DNA of 56,708 nt, the filler included, from Ionaspis alba (taxonomy: Eukaryota): assembly GCA_964255285.1 (NCBI GenBank). It is 4 parts of 4 records of this genome, joined end to end, with 100 filler letters (N's around TTAATTAATTAA, not from the genome) between each part and the next. Parts side by side here need not be neighbours in the genome. Positions count along the whole stretch, not along the records: positions 1 to 14,149 come from CAXUUL010000438.1; positions 14,250 to 28,387 come from CAXUUL010000439.1; 2 more parts are not named here. One strand, 5' to 3'. Shown piece after piece: positions 13,817 through 26,495 of the stretch. How positions within the stretch are numbered: position 1 is the first letter of the stretch; the number at the start of each line of letters is the position of its first letter. The notes beneath the pieces are model-generated. The model saw only the letters and a program-made list of their open reading frames with translations, did no database searches and had not been told where the DNA came from. The position numbers and the translations under genes are program-made.

Positions 13817-14149
13817 GGTCTATTCCACGCTTAGGTAGAGTTGCACGAGAGGAGCGGGGGTGTGGGTATTTGGTATATATTCTTCATGGGACGTGGGGGC
13901 TGATAGAGGTGGAGCCTCGTGGATGGTGTGGCTTAACTGCCTGGGTCAGTAAGAATCGAAACGTCGAAAAGTCTAAAGATATATCTTGTTCTACCGGAGG
14001 GATGGTTCCCGCGATGTTTGTTTGTGCTATTACTGTCCACGAAGGAAGAAGCATAGTTACCGCTACCGCAGCAGCAATCTTCAGCAACATAGATGTGAGG
14101 GACGCGTAATGCTCAGACTGGAGCTGAGAAGAAGAATGTCTGAGAGATT

Positions 14150-14249
14150 NNNNNNNNNNNNNNNNNNNNNNNNNNNNNNNNNNNNNNNNNNNNTTAATTA
14201 ATTAANNNNNNNNNNNNNNNNNNNNNNNNNNNNNNNNNNNNNNNNNNNN
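14150..14249. other. Assembly gap with artificial TTAATTAATTAA spacer
   Basis: 44 N + TTAATTAATTAA + 44 N. Confidence 0.95.
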
Positions 14250-14600
14250 TATTATATAAATAAACGTTTCGCTGCAGTTTTCTGTTTTTTATTTTATTTT
14301 ATATTTTATATCTACATCTTATTATAGAATTTTGAGATATTGGCTATCCATCCTAACCCGTAAGTAATAAGGTTTAGCTACCTCTTATTCGACCTTGACA
14401 AGGTCCTTATTTAATACAAAACTAATTGAATTACTCAATTTGGCCAAAAATCTGCTAAGCTTTTTTAATACGGTAAGGAATTCAACTTAACGGTCGCTGC
14501 AGAGCTTCGCTAATATTAATATTACAATTTTTAAATTTTTATTAGCACATAGTAGATAGATTATCTTTTATAATTATCACGTTCCACACTACGATTGTAG
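14250..14600. repeat. AT-rich contig end, probable RIP-degraded repeat
   Basis: Abruptly AT- and TpA-rich, no ORFs, adjacent to a gap. Confidence 0.4.
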
Positions 14601-15106
14601 CAATTTCAGTATTGGTTGCTGAACCTCTCTACTAGCGCTATAGTATCTAGGAAGGCACATAGGCCATAGATCATCTTCACATCCCACGACGTAGTCAGTC
14701 TAATGGCAATTGTCCATATCACTAAGGTTCAGCCTCGCCTTGTCCTCCCTCGACGACACATCAAGATTTTGATCAAAGATGTATATATGTTACGATACGT
14801 GGCCGTGCTTGCCACAAATCGAGTACCTTCCGTGGGTTATCCACGAATTGATACGTTAAATAGCAATAGTTTATAGAAAGAATTCATCATCTTTCATCCA
14901 CATCAACTATGTTTCCAAAGGACCGTAGCAATATGGTAAACAGCCTAGCCATTTCGGGCTAAAGGCTAGTGCCCGTAGGGCGTGGCAACATGTCGACCAT
15001 GCTAGCGAAGTCGTGCTAGTCGTCAGAGCTTATTTGCCTTTCAGATTTACCTGTTTCGAACCTATCACAACTCGTATCCTTTGAGCTGGTGTAGAGACAA
15101 CCCAAC

Positions 15107-17562
15107 ATGGCAAGCAGAGACTCAATTGACTGTTCGTCGTCTGAAGTCGGAGGAGTCTCACCACCTCAAGGGGACAGCAGGGAAGGACAGGGACCTCTTC
15201 CTCGAAGCAGCCTGGATGGCTTTGAGTCTCCCCAGATAGTACATTCGCACGGAGAATCCTTGACTGCCTTCAATGATGTCCTTCACTCAGACGTTCGTCT
15301 GCCTGATGCCCGTACATCAACGATGAACTGATGTTGTTTGTAGATTGGAGTCAATACACTGCTATCGCGCTTGAAGCAGAGCATCGCATCAGCGCGGGTA
15401 TTTAAAAGTGATATCTCCTTGTACAAGATCCAAAGCTGACGCTGTCCAAGGACTTTGCTGCCTTTCTCAAGAAACGATCGGCGATAGAAGAAGAGCACGC
15501 CCAAGGGTTAAAGAAACTTAGCAGAAGTAGCCATGAGTCCGCCCGACGTCCTGACAACCGGCAAGGATCTTATGCCCGGAATTACGAGGAGATAAATCGT
15601 ATCCATGACCGCATGGCGGACAACGGTATTCAATTCGCGTTATCGTTGCATCAAATGCACGAGGACCTACAAGAGCTTGCGGCAGACAAGGAGCGGGGCA
15701 GGAAGTTGTGGAAGCAGACCGGACTCACAGCTGAGAAGAGGGTTCAAGATTCCGAGAACGCAATGGAAAAGGCCAAACTCAAATACAACTCTCTCGCAGA
15801 AGACTACGACCGCGCCCGCACCGGCGATAAGCATGCAGGCCGCTTCGGTCTCAAAGGCCCTAAATCTGCCGCTCAGATTGAGGAGGACCTCCACAGGAAA
15901 ATGCAGGCTGCGGATTCGGACTATTCCTCGAAGGTTCAAGCCGCGCAAAGCATGCGAAGGGATCTGATTAGTACGGCTCGGCCTCAGGCTATTCAGGCAC
16001 TCCAATTCCTCATCAACGAATGCGATTCAGGCTTGACACTTCAGATGCAGAAATTCGGTTAGTGTCTGTAATGCATCCAAGCACACGATTTGTTTTGGCT
16101 CATACCCGAGGTAGCAACTTTTAACGAGAAATTGCTCCTCAGCAATGGCTTGTGTGTCAGTCCATTGAAAGGACACGGTACTGGCACGGCGCCCCCAATA
16201 CGCAGCCTCAGAGATGTGGTATACCAAATTGACAATGATCGGGATCTGCGGGACTATGTTATGAGTTTTGCCCCCAAGGTCGCCAACAAGCAAGCCGAGG
16301 TCAGATACGAACGTCACCACGTAAGTTCGGCGCCTCTCGTAGAGTTCCAGCCTTGACTGTCTACAGAGTCTTCAACCACTGCAGCAGACACCCTCGCCTG
16401 TCGGTATGCGATCGGCCGTCCTTCCCAATGCCCAGCTTCCACCACTTTCACAACCTCAGCAACAGAGCAACAACGCACCTGTTGATGGCTCCCCAATCAT
16501 ATTGTCACAGACTAGCCCTTCCCATACGGGTAATTTCCCACAGGGCCAAGCAGCACCTCATACACCTGCAGGACACTCAACTCTCAATAGCTATTCTGAC
16601 CTTCCGAAACCCCAAGCGGCTTCGTCCGCTAGTCTTAGTGGCCCACTGCAGATATCACCGCCACAATTCCCTCACGCCAGTCAGAATCAGGCCTCGTTTC
16701 AAAGCATAGCGAATCAGGATGGCCACTCTGCCGTTGAATTACCACCAGTACGGCCGGTATTTGGACTCTCGCTGGAAGACTTATTTAACCGCGATGGATC
16801 GGCAGTGCCAATGGTCGTCTACCAATGCTTGCAGGCGGTTGATCTGTTTGGGCTTGAGGTCGAAGGGATATATCGGCTTTCTGGCACGGCCTCTCATGTT
16901 ACTAGACTGCGCTCGATTTTCGACAATGGTAGGTATGATCTTGGACCACGAAGAGGGCTTCGCTCTGACCAGCAGCAGACGCTTCCCAGGTGGACTTCCG
17001 TAACCCAGAAAACTTCTTTCACGACGTCAATAGTGTTGCAGGCTTGCTCAAGCAATTTTTCAGAGACCTGCCTGATCCTTTGCTAACCCGAGAGCACTAC
17101 CAAGGCTTTATCGAAGCCGCTCGTGAGTCGTCCATGGAAACCCTGCTCGATCTGTGCTGACCGACCCTTTGCTAAGGCATTGACGACGACATCACCCGCC
17201 GGGACTCATTGCATGCCACAATCAACAGTCTTCCAGACCCGAATTATGCGACATTAAGGGCATTGACTCTGGTAATTTCTTTCCTCGCCACCGAGTTGGC
17301 AGGTCCGTCTGGGCTGACTTCAATTGAGCATCTGCATAGGGTCCAAGAGCACTCGACCGCTAATCGGATGAATGCCGGGAATCTAGCCATATGCTTTGGG
17401 TAGTTGAGGCGCCCCTAGCACATTATTCTATTACTGATTCAGCTTGACAGACCGACTCTCATGGGTTCAAACACTGGACCTAACATTGCCGATGCTGGCT
17501 GGCAAGTCCGCGTCATTGACACCATACTCCAGAATACGCTGCAGATATTCGACGACGATTAG
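15107..17562 (+). CDS. RGD1: F-BAR + RhoGAP protein (Rgd1/Rga7 type), multi-exon
   Basis: [37 protein letters not shown] (FCH/F-BAR); [10 protein letters not shown]...[27 protein letters not shown] (GAP arginine finger); [29 protein letters not shown]; stop at 17560-17562. Confidence 0.9.
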
Positions 17563-17924
17563 TCGACACCACTGCTGACTGGACAGGAAGCCCTCCAGCA
17601 AAGTTCTACAAACAAAGTCTAAGAGTGGGAGATATTATCACGGCATTGATGATGTAGTGTTCCAGATAATTTGGTAGCACACAGTCACAGCCATCACAGT
17701 GTTCTCTGTATCAATTGGTGGCGGGTAAAAGGTCAGATATGATTGTAGCGTGGTTACATTTAATTCGGATCGATAGTTTCGATTCCCTAGCCAGCTTCCC
17801 TGACAAGCCAATATTACTATACCTGCGCTCCAAAGCGATCGAAGATCTCACTATGCCATAACACATAATCTTCATGACGTCGTCGAATGTAGGGACAAAT
17901 GGTACTCATCGCTCGACGTGAATT

Positions 17925-20900
17925 TTAGAGAACGGCTTTTTGCGCAGCAAAAAGCCCTAGGCTGAGGCTGGTGTCATTGTCGCCTACTACTGGGGTAGCA
18001 TCCTGTACCATTTCCCATCTTCTCAATGGGTACGCGGTCGGTTGCACTGGCCCATATACTACTGAAAGGTTAGGGAGTGCACGGCTTGAAGGCCCGGCAG
18101 CCACCAGACACAAAGGCTCGGTGTCAGCCAGTTCGGGACCGCCGAAGAGGAAGCGAAGGTGATCTTGTTCCGGAATGTGCCCGTTGCAGAGAGCATTGAT
18201 GCAGGACGATCGGGTCTCAGGAGATATGATATCGGAGAGGAAGGCCATTGTGTCTAAAATCTCGGTCTTGCGATTGTGGTTGGAGGAAATGTAAGGAGTA
18301 GATAGTAAATGGCCAAGTGTCATGAGTAAGCGGTGTAGACTAGTTTGTGGAAATCGGGGCTGTCGGACCACTGCTTGGTGGAGGGTCACTGAACGAAGAA
18401 GCAAGTCGATGGTGTGCGGCGTTGGAGCGTCAGGTCCTGGTGCTTCGAGATAGCGGCCTTGGCTTAAGCTAAGCTCCGGAAGATCGCCTAGCACGTCGGT
18501 AATCTGTGTAACAAAGCTCGATACCTCATCGATAGAGCCGGCAGATTTTACCTCATCTAGAATAGCGAAGAGGACTCCTGATCTATGCAAATCGGTTCCA
18601 GATAAGCTCGCTCGACCTTCAGCAGGAATTGAGGTTGACTGAAGTGCGAACAGCAGCATAGCCATGGCCTCCTTGTGAAGGACCGCGGCATACGGCTGGG
18701 GCAAGCATGACAGTAAGCGTGCTGAGGGTCCAACTGTGCCAGAGATCCCTGCTCCACGCGGAGCGGTCAGCTCAGTGAGGATTCTTCGAAGCACGGCATG
18801 AGACTCGGTCGACTGTCCACGAAGAGCCCCGAACACCAATCGAAGTCTCAGTTGACAGGCATTCATATTGAACTCGTTGGCGATGCGAAAAAGTCGTGTC
18901 ACATGGCCAAGGAGACTTGTTTCGTCAGTACCTGGTAAAGTTAGGAGGATAGCCGAGTAGTCGAGGTAGCTGTACTGACTGATGGGAGATCCGAGTGCTA
19001 AGATGCCATCTAGAACTTGGCTTGCAGTCGCAGCGTCGCTTTCGATATTGAAAACCGAGGCCAACCTGAAATCCAATTGCTCGTGGAGCACAAGGAGCGT
19101 CTGAACCGTCTGAAGAAAGCTCCGGGTTGATACCAAAGTGTTAGCAGAGCTTCGCAGTTCAAGATCAGGATGCTGGCAAGCCTCGAAAGTCTTTCGTATT
19201 AGACAGAAAACGAGGGCCGGGCTGTCCACTACGACCTGCTGTCGTTGAACATGGTACCTATAAGACTTCTGTACGCGAAGGCACGATTAGCAAGTAGTCT
19301 TCCCGAGGACTTCGGAAAATAAACTAACTGGGATATCAGAGTCATGTAGGCCGCGATTGTTGACCAAGAGGTCTAGGAAATTGATTATGACTACGCCGAG
19401 CGCCTCTTCAGCGGCGTCCTCGTCCGAGCAGTGGACCAGCTGCTCAAGGACCATCTTCAGGGTGACCAATCCCGAACAGACGAGCGGAATTAAAATAAGG
19501 GACAGGCTGCGCTGGCTGGCGAGATAAAGGACTTCTTGTAGCCAATCTGATAATAGAGACTGAAACGACTCAAAGTCGAACCCCCGCAATTGGACGAGAA
19601 GGTCGATGCAACGAGGTATTGCACTTGGATCTGCCTTCCATACCATGTGCAGCCGCTTGGTGATGTTCAAGAAGATTCTCGACAAGACCAAACCATCCAT
19701 GTTTGTGCCACTGTTGAACAACAATTCCATCTCGTCCACGAACGTCGAGTTGATCGGATGTGGGGACTCCACGACATGATCGGAGACCGGAGAACATGCC
19801 GCAAGTGCAGACTTGGATTCGCAGAGAAGAAAATCCTTGCGCAACCTGATCACCAGTTGGCCCTGCTCCGGAAGTTGTTCACCTAAATCGATCAGGGAAC
19901 TTATCATCGATCTGTCAGCAGGACTGTGGGAGCATGTTTTGCTCATCCGCGATATCAGAAGGTGGAAAAGACGCTTTGCGGCACCAATGGCGTAGAAAAT
20001 CTCGGCATGGAAATTTATGGTTTCGGCAATGGCTTCCAGGAATGACTTATCTTCGGATTGCTCGGCCAGGAATTCGAGAACATCTGCTAGCACAGGAAAA
20101 TCTTCGAAATCTTCAAGCACTTGACAGATAGCGCGGTATTCCTGGACGCTCATGGAACATTTGTCCATAGATACGCAGGCATTGAAATCCCTCTTTCTCC
20201 TTGTTGTGTAAAAGTGTCCTGCAATGTTGTGCCTGATCCAGCGGCATATGTCGTATTTGGCTGTGCCGGTGAGCTTCACGGGATTTTCGGCAGGAAGGAG
20301 CCCCTGTGTTTGGAGTGAAGCCACAAGCTTCGCAAAGAACTTGATGCTTGCACATAGCCGCTGTTTCTCTGCGGCTATCATCGAATCTTCAAGCTCAGCC
20401 GATGACCCCATGGCTTTCATGACTATCCGCCGCAGATTCAGTATATGGTTCGGTAGTCCGTAGAGAGGGATACAATCGAGGAGGCTCGGTTCATCATTGC
20501 TCTATCGGTAAGTTAGTTATGTCTTGCCATGCATAGAGCAGAGAGAGGAATTATACTGGTTTTGAAATCGTCCCTAGGCTCGGAGGACCCCGCGCCATCA
20601 GCCTCTGAAGGTATCTGCCTATCGCAAAATGTCTTGATCGAACCAACTCCGCGACCAAGCTGTAAAGATTGCTCTGCTGAGCTGGCGGCATTTCTGCTAC
20701 ATGGTCAAGCATTTCTAGTATAATCTCTTCGATCTTGATGCCGCAATTGTCCCAGCGTCTAAGCAGACGAATTGCGACGTAGCGTCGAGCCAACCTAGAT
20801 CGGTAACAAGTTGTCGACCACTCAACAACCGTAGTAATCAGAAGCTTGGTATCAGGAACGGTGTTCAAGCATAAGTCGGACAGAGATTGGATGACATAGG

Positions 20901-22578
20901 ACTTGGACGTGCCGTCTAGCACAGCAATGACTTGTTGACGGGCACTTAGTTGAGCTCTTGATCCCTCAACACTCGGCGTTGTCACAAAACGTTGGTTACG
21001 TTTGGATATTTGAACAAAGCAACGACGGAACTCGAGGTCATGCTCGTCAATGCAGGAATTCACGAGGGATTCATAGTTCACCCAACAATCGGGCAAGAGA
21101 AGGCAATTCGGCTCGTCCAGTGCGAGGGACCTGAGCAAAGAGAGGAGGCTCCGCCGAATCGGCAGACAGAGAACCCGCTGCTCCGGATGTGTCATTTTAT
21201 GTATATGCTCCAGTATAGTCACGGCCAGTCGTCGACCGCGAAGTCGATATCGAACAAGCTCCTGCCAATGTACCTGAACAACCAGGAGCCAGGTGGGAAG
21301 CCTGTCACGATCGCTCTCATGTAGCGATGTTAGCATCCAATCGAGGAAGTGTTCTCGATCAACCAGATGCTCCGAGTAGATGTGTTCGATCAAGCTCAAT
21401 CCGTATGTCATTTTGGATGTCCAGTGACGCACACCACACATCTCGGTGAACGATTCAACAAAATGCTCGACACTGGATGTCCAGTCCCTTATCCATTTTG
21501 ACTCGCCTCCACTCACGAACGCACCACTTGTACCTTTCCTCTTGAAGGCACGGATCTCATTGGCGCCCACACACTTGGCAAGCCATATCGCACGCCAAGT
21601 GGGTATGTCCTTAGCTAAACAGTGATCAAGAAGTGCTTTGCCCCGTACTCCATGTGGAATGGTACGGCTCAACCGTCGCAGGGGTATGGCCGGGTTTGCG
21701 AGATCTTTAAGCCACAATTCCCGTTTAGTATCCGTTAGGGTCACACGCGGTGGCGGCTTAAATGTACAGTGTGAGGTGATTACGCCGTGCATCTGCCGGT
21801 GATCAAGGGTGGAAGCAAGTAGGGAGGACAGAATCTGCAAGCCCGATTTGTGCTTGAGACTGGACCACACGGACGGGCGGCCAGTGTTGGCCTCATTCTG
21901 AGACACCTGAGTCTTGTCGTAGTACCCAGACTTGGTGGAATGTTCGTGGAGCGAATCTTCCGGATGATCTCCAACCCACGGAAAGAAATCCACAGGATCT
22001 AGCAGATCGGTCAGTGATATTGCTCCGTGCGTAAGATAACAAAGGGACGACGTCCAAAGAGCCTTACCGTGGTTCTTGAAGTGTGGAGCAATCTTAGGGA
22101 CTTCGAGGTGGAAGGCTTTCGTCTGGACATCTCCTCTCCGCATGTCTGGCGCCGGCCTTTCGGAGGCCGGGCGAGTGCTGTGGAGAATAAGGTTGGGTCG
22201 TGTGGGATGAGGTGGGCCAGATAACGGGGGATTTTTCATTCCTGGAAGCACGGAAGGTCCTCCGGGTGTTGAATTGGCACCTGTCAAGGTCGGGCGTGGT
22301 GAATGCTCGAGCAATTCATCAGCGGCGTCATATTGAAATGGTGGTGATTGTAGATGTGTATCATGTCGCTGACCTGGCTCAAGCCTTGGTCTTTTTGGCG
22401 GTGGCTCGAGAGAATCCAGCAAGGAGGCATGAGTGAGATCGAACAGATCCTGCGGTGGAACGGATCTTGGAGTTTGTCTCAAAATATGGGACGAAGTTCG
22501 GTAGTTTGACCTCACAGTAACTGTAGGTGCAGGACGGGATGAGGGTCGTGGAATGGGCGGGAATGGATAAGTGGTCAT
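17925..22578 (-). CDS. SRB8: Mediator kinase-module subunit Med12 (Srb8), ~1,490 aa
   Basis: Med12 domain FKPPPRVTLTDTKRELWLKDLANPAIPLRRLSRTIPHG...RAIWLAKCVGANE; C-terminal RRWEMVQDATPVVGDNDTSLSLGLF. Introns at ~21999-22067, 20502-20556, 19269-19328 keep frame. Confidence 0.92.
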
Positions 22579-23455
22579 CGCTCCGTCATCTTGAATGAGG
22601 GAGAAGACCGCAATGGGTAGGAACAGGATATCGAAGTCATAAGGGGGCAAGGAGGAAAGCTTGAGCGACGTTCAGGCGGAGCAGGTTGCACCTTGTGCCA
22701 GGTCAACGGCGGCAGCGATTGAATTTCGGGTCTAGATCTTCGACTTCGTGCGTACAATTTAATGGATCAGGGAATATATTCGAGGGTATACCGGGGAAAG
22801 GTTGAATGTATGATAACAAATATGCTGGAAGCAATAGGTGCACAGGCGCAGAATGGGTATTGATGCGATGCAAGCTGCGATGCGCTGATAGGCCACACGC
22901 CTGTCTATTTTCTGCCTCCTTCTCTTCGCTAGGAGAGCGGCCGAGCAGCCGAATAGGCAAGCCAAGAGATGTATTTATGTTCCGCTGTATTGAAACAGTT
23001 CCCGGACTAGGCCTGGCCAGATGTTAGCTTGAGAGATGGGCAATGTTCGGTAACAGCAGTCCGCTAGCTTCTTCCCGTATGGTAAAATACAGAGTTACTG
23101 AGATACTGTTACAGACCGGAGGAAGCGTGCTCCTACCCGCTGCTCAGCGGCCGCTAAAGCGGGAACCAATCGTGGTTAGGTCCGTTCCAGTACCACCTTA
23201 TGGGTGAGTAATAGGCATTCATAACAATATCACTCGATGCTTGTTGTCTTTTGTTGTCGATAAATTGTCGTTTACACCTCTACAATTGAATCCCCCGTAC
23301 GATCGAGACGCCTTCGTGACCTGGATCCCAAGACGATTGCTCACCACCTCGAACAAAATCTTAGTTCGCCGCACAGGCGCGGTTCAGAACTTCCCGGGCG
23401 GAGTACTTGATCCATCTTGTCTTTTCCCACAACAGTGTGATTGGAAGCCGTGGCT

Positions 23456-24202
23456 ATGGCGTCAAGGAGGGACATGAGACGAGCAGAACTCGGTATGACA
23501 ACTACATGCTTGCTGGTCTTTGGCTTCGTCTCCGAGGCTAATGGATGTACGATAGCTGTTCCTTATGTGGAGCCAGTCAAAGATGCACAGGATGGCGACA
23601 TCTCGAGTGAGGGACCTCCAGCTCAACTGGTCATTGGCTGTGACCGTTGTGTGCACTTTAGCTGAGAGGAGTGAGCGTATAGGTACCATGGCAAACACGC
23701 TCCCTATGGCTGCTGTTAGTATTGCAGAAGCTTCCCTCATAAGCAACAAGTTCTGACTTCTGTCAGATGTTCACGAGGAACAAGTGAGGCTCGTTCAGCT
23801 CCCGTGAATTGTATGGAGGCTAAAGCTGGACAAAATTATAGGATGATTGGATGGTATGTAGATTTCGACTTGGAGGATCCTTGGGTCTTGGAGTTCAGAG
23901 GACTAAATAATGCTTCTAGGGCCTCCGTCGTCCTATCACTACAGAATTGGCTTGCAGAAACTCCTGAGCAGAAGCGAAAGGCTTCGACTCCCGGATATTT
24001 CTCCGTAGGCATGGCCTGTACGTCTTACTGTTCCGCCGCTTCCGTTGCATTCCTCGACTTTTGGGGGTCACCGCTAATTCCTTCATTTGTTGGCCCTTCA
24101 GTCATGGCTGTAGCTGTTACATATCTACCTTTGTTTCTTCCACCTCAGCCGGGAACTGCTTCTACACAGACAGAAGCTCCCCCCGTAGTACCAGCGCCTT
24201 AA
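23456..24202 (+). CDS. Asterix/PAT10 (UPF0139)-like small membrane protein, 115 aa, 7 exons
   Basis: Exons 23456-23492, 23556-23606, 23683-23714, 23767-23783, 23842-23853, 23920-24017, 24102-24202 join in frame: MASRRDMRRAELAVPY...TLPMAAMFTRNKMIGWASVVLSLQNWLAE...FSVGMAFMAVAVTYLPLFLP. Confidence 0.8.
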
Positions 24203-24946
24203 AATCTGATGCATGGCCAACATGAAGGTCCCAAGGAATGCTGGCTGCAATGTTCGGATTTGTGGCCCTGAGGTAACTTTCTAGTACCGGAGTACCACGT
24301 CATGCCCAACGATGGACTGTGCCACCGAGATACTGCCTATCGAAAATCGTATCCAAGGTTTGAGTGCTACTCTGGATCTCAGCCGTTCGGAGAATGAAAC
24401 AGCTTTACCAAGTACTCGAGCCACAGCGTTGTACCCTCGAACCATTCTGTATCGTCAAAGGCAATTGCCTATCGACCTTCGTAGAGTAGGAAAGCAATCT
24501 ACTGCAGGTCACCTACTCGTTGGCAGGACACTTACATGGTCTTTGAAGGTGAATAAATGGAATTGGACGTGTCACATTTTCGCCTCCAAGTAGATTTAGG
24601 TATTTTATATGCCTCCGACTCTTTGTTCTGCCGTCCCCTTGGCGCCGCCACCTGATCAGTTAATCAGCCAATCAGCTCATTCTGGCACCTCTTGTCAATT
24701 TTCAGCCTTGTGCTTGTGTCTCGCCTATCGCTTCTCTTCTTTTCGTTCCCCCTCCCCTCCCCACTCTTCCACTTCCCAACTGCCAAACCATCTCAACTTT
24801 AACACCGTTCAAGCTGCAACAACCACCACACAAAAGCCTACAAAAAGCTTTTCAAGCAACTGCGCAGTCTATCACTGAACTCACTATCAGCCAACACTTC
24901 ATCCGATCAGTACTTTACCACAGTAACCCCCGCAAAACACGAGTTT

Positions 24947-25757
24947 ATGTCAATCGAAAACCTCAAGACCTTCGGTGCGTGATCGCCCCTCACCTTCAGC
25001 TGTGTCCGCCCTGCCTCCACCACCTTCATCGACAACTACTTCTGTGACCTGACATAACAGCAAAATAATAATTTACCCCATCGAGTGCTCAAACCTTGTG
25101 ATACGTTCATGCTGTGATCGCTGTGGATCTGGTATCACACAAATCGACACAAGACACCGATCGTCACAGACTCAGTATGACTAACTTTCCAACGACTCAC
25201 AGACCCCTTCGCCGAAGCCGACGAGGATACAGGGGAGACTAAGCAGTCCCAGAATTACATCCATATACGTATCCAACGTAAGTTGTCGGCCGTTCACTCA
25301 CATTTTGTCGGCAAACCTCCATTCTAACCCTTCCATGTGGACATCGAATGCTCACCCTTTCACTTGCAGAGCGTAATGGTCGTAAGACCTTGACGACTGT
25401 CCAAGGTCTTCCCAAGAAATTTGATCAGAAGAAGATCCTCAAAGTCATCAAGAAGAAGTTCGGTACGTCTGCAGCTCTCGATTATTGCTCCACGAAGAGT
25501 GTCGGAAGGTGGGAGCCGATCACTGATCTTGGTCGCAATAGCTTGCAATGGCACCATCGTCAACGATACCGAAATGGGCGAGGTGATTCAGCTTCAAGGG
25601 GATCAGCGCAAAGATGTGCAGGAATTCTTGGTCGATAAGAAAGAAGGCTTAGAGCTTGACGCTAAAACCATCAAGGTGCTGTCTCCTTGTCCCGAGCCGC
25701 TGTCTCTACTAAAAGACTTCGACGGCTTACGTACAAGCATAGGTCCATGGATTCTAG
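24947..25757 (+). CDS. SUI1: Translation initiation factor eIF1, 114 aa, 5 exons
   Basis: Exons 24947-24974, 25203-25277, 25370-25462, 25542-25675, 25743-25757: MSIENLKTFDPFAEAD...YIHIRIQQRNGRKTLTTVQG...FACNG...IQLQGDQR...IKVHGF. Confidence 0.97.
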
Positions 25758-26136
25758 AAATCTCCAGTTCGACGCACCAAGCTCTTCCGTGGGTTAATTA
25801 GGGCGGTAGAAGAAGTCCATAGTCAAGTTTGAGAAGTGCTTCATGCCGTTACTGCATCCACTCGGTGACCTAGGGCTGGCGCGTTCGTGGAGTTGGTTGA
25901 TACCCCCAAAGATGGCTCTGGCGAAGGACATGGATTTTCTTCACTCTTAAAAACCTTGGAGTGGATTGGTCGGCTAAGAGATGCTTCCACCGTGATGGCG
26001 TATTTATCACGAACATGGTACATGCAGACAATCAATTGATCCTCAACCGATCCTGCATGACCTGCTGAATGCTCTAGATGGGATCTCTTTTGAATGGAAC
26101 TTGTGACAAGTCCGCTTGGTCTAATTGTACAAAGAT

Positions 26137-26495
26137 TTAACTGCCAACCCAGCCGATCCATTCCTTGCACCATTTCCACATCGTTTCTGCCATGACGAAG
26201 ATGGGTACCACAGGGTCGTTCTCTCTCGTCAGGTGAAGTTGCAGTAAAAGTGAGCACATGCTAATGAAGCTGGCGATGGAGAAGACACTGATCGACGTGG
26301 TCGTTTCTTCCTGAATGTTGATCTTGCGTTGGGTGATATGATAGAGCATGGTAAGGGTCTGCTCAATTTAGTTTCAACCCGCCCGCACGACCAGAAATAG
26401 CCTTTCTGTCTCTTCCACGCATGGATATAGAGATACAGGAATGAGATGGTGGAGAAGCTTACTGTAGCTATCGACACCCAAGCGGGCAGAAGCAT
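26137..26495 (-). CDS. Small orphan hydrophobic protein (~84 aa, 2 exons)
   Basis: Exon 26495-26463 (MLLPAWVSIAT), GTAAGC...CAG intron, exon 26358-26137 in frame, with hydrophobic segments. No family recognised. Confidence 0.4.

Noticed and set aside
1..14149. Starship or other giant mobile element
   Set aside because: No DUF3435 tyrosine-recombinase captain or element boundary is visible in the window.
14194..14205. TTAATTAATTAA recurring three times as a possible biological repeat
   Set aside because: Always centred in identical N runs; a scaffolding spacer.
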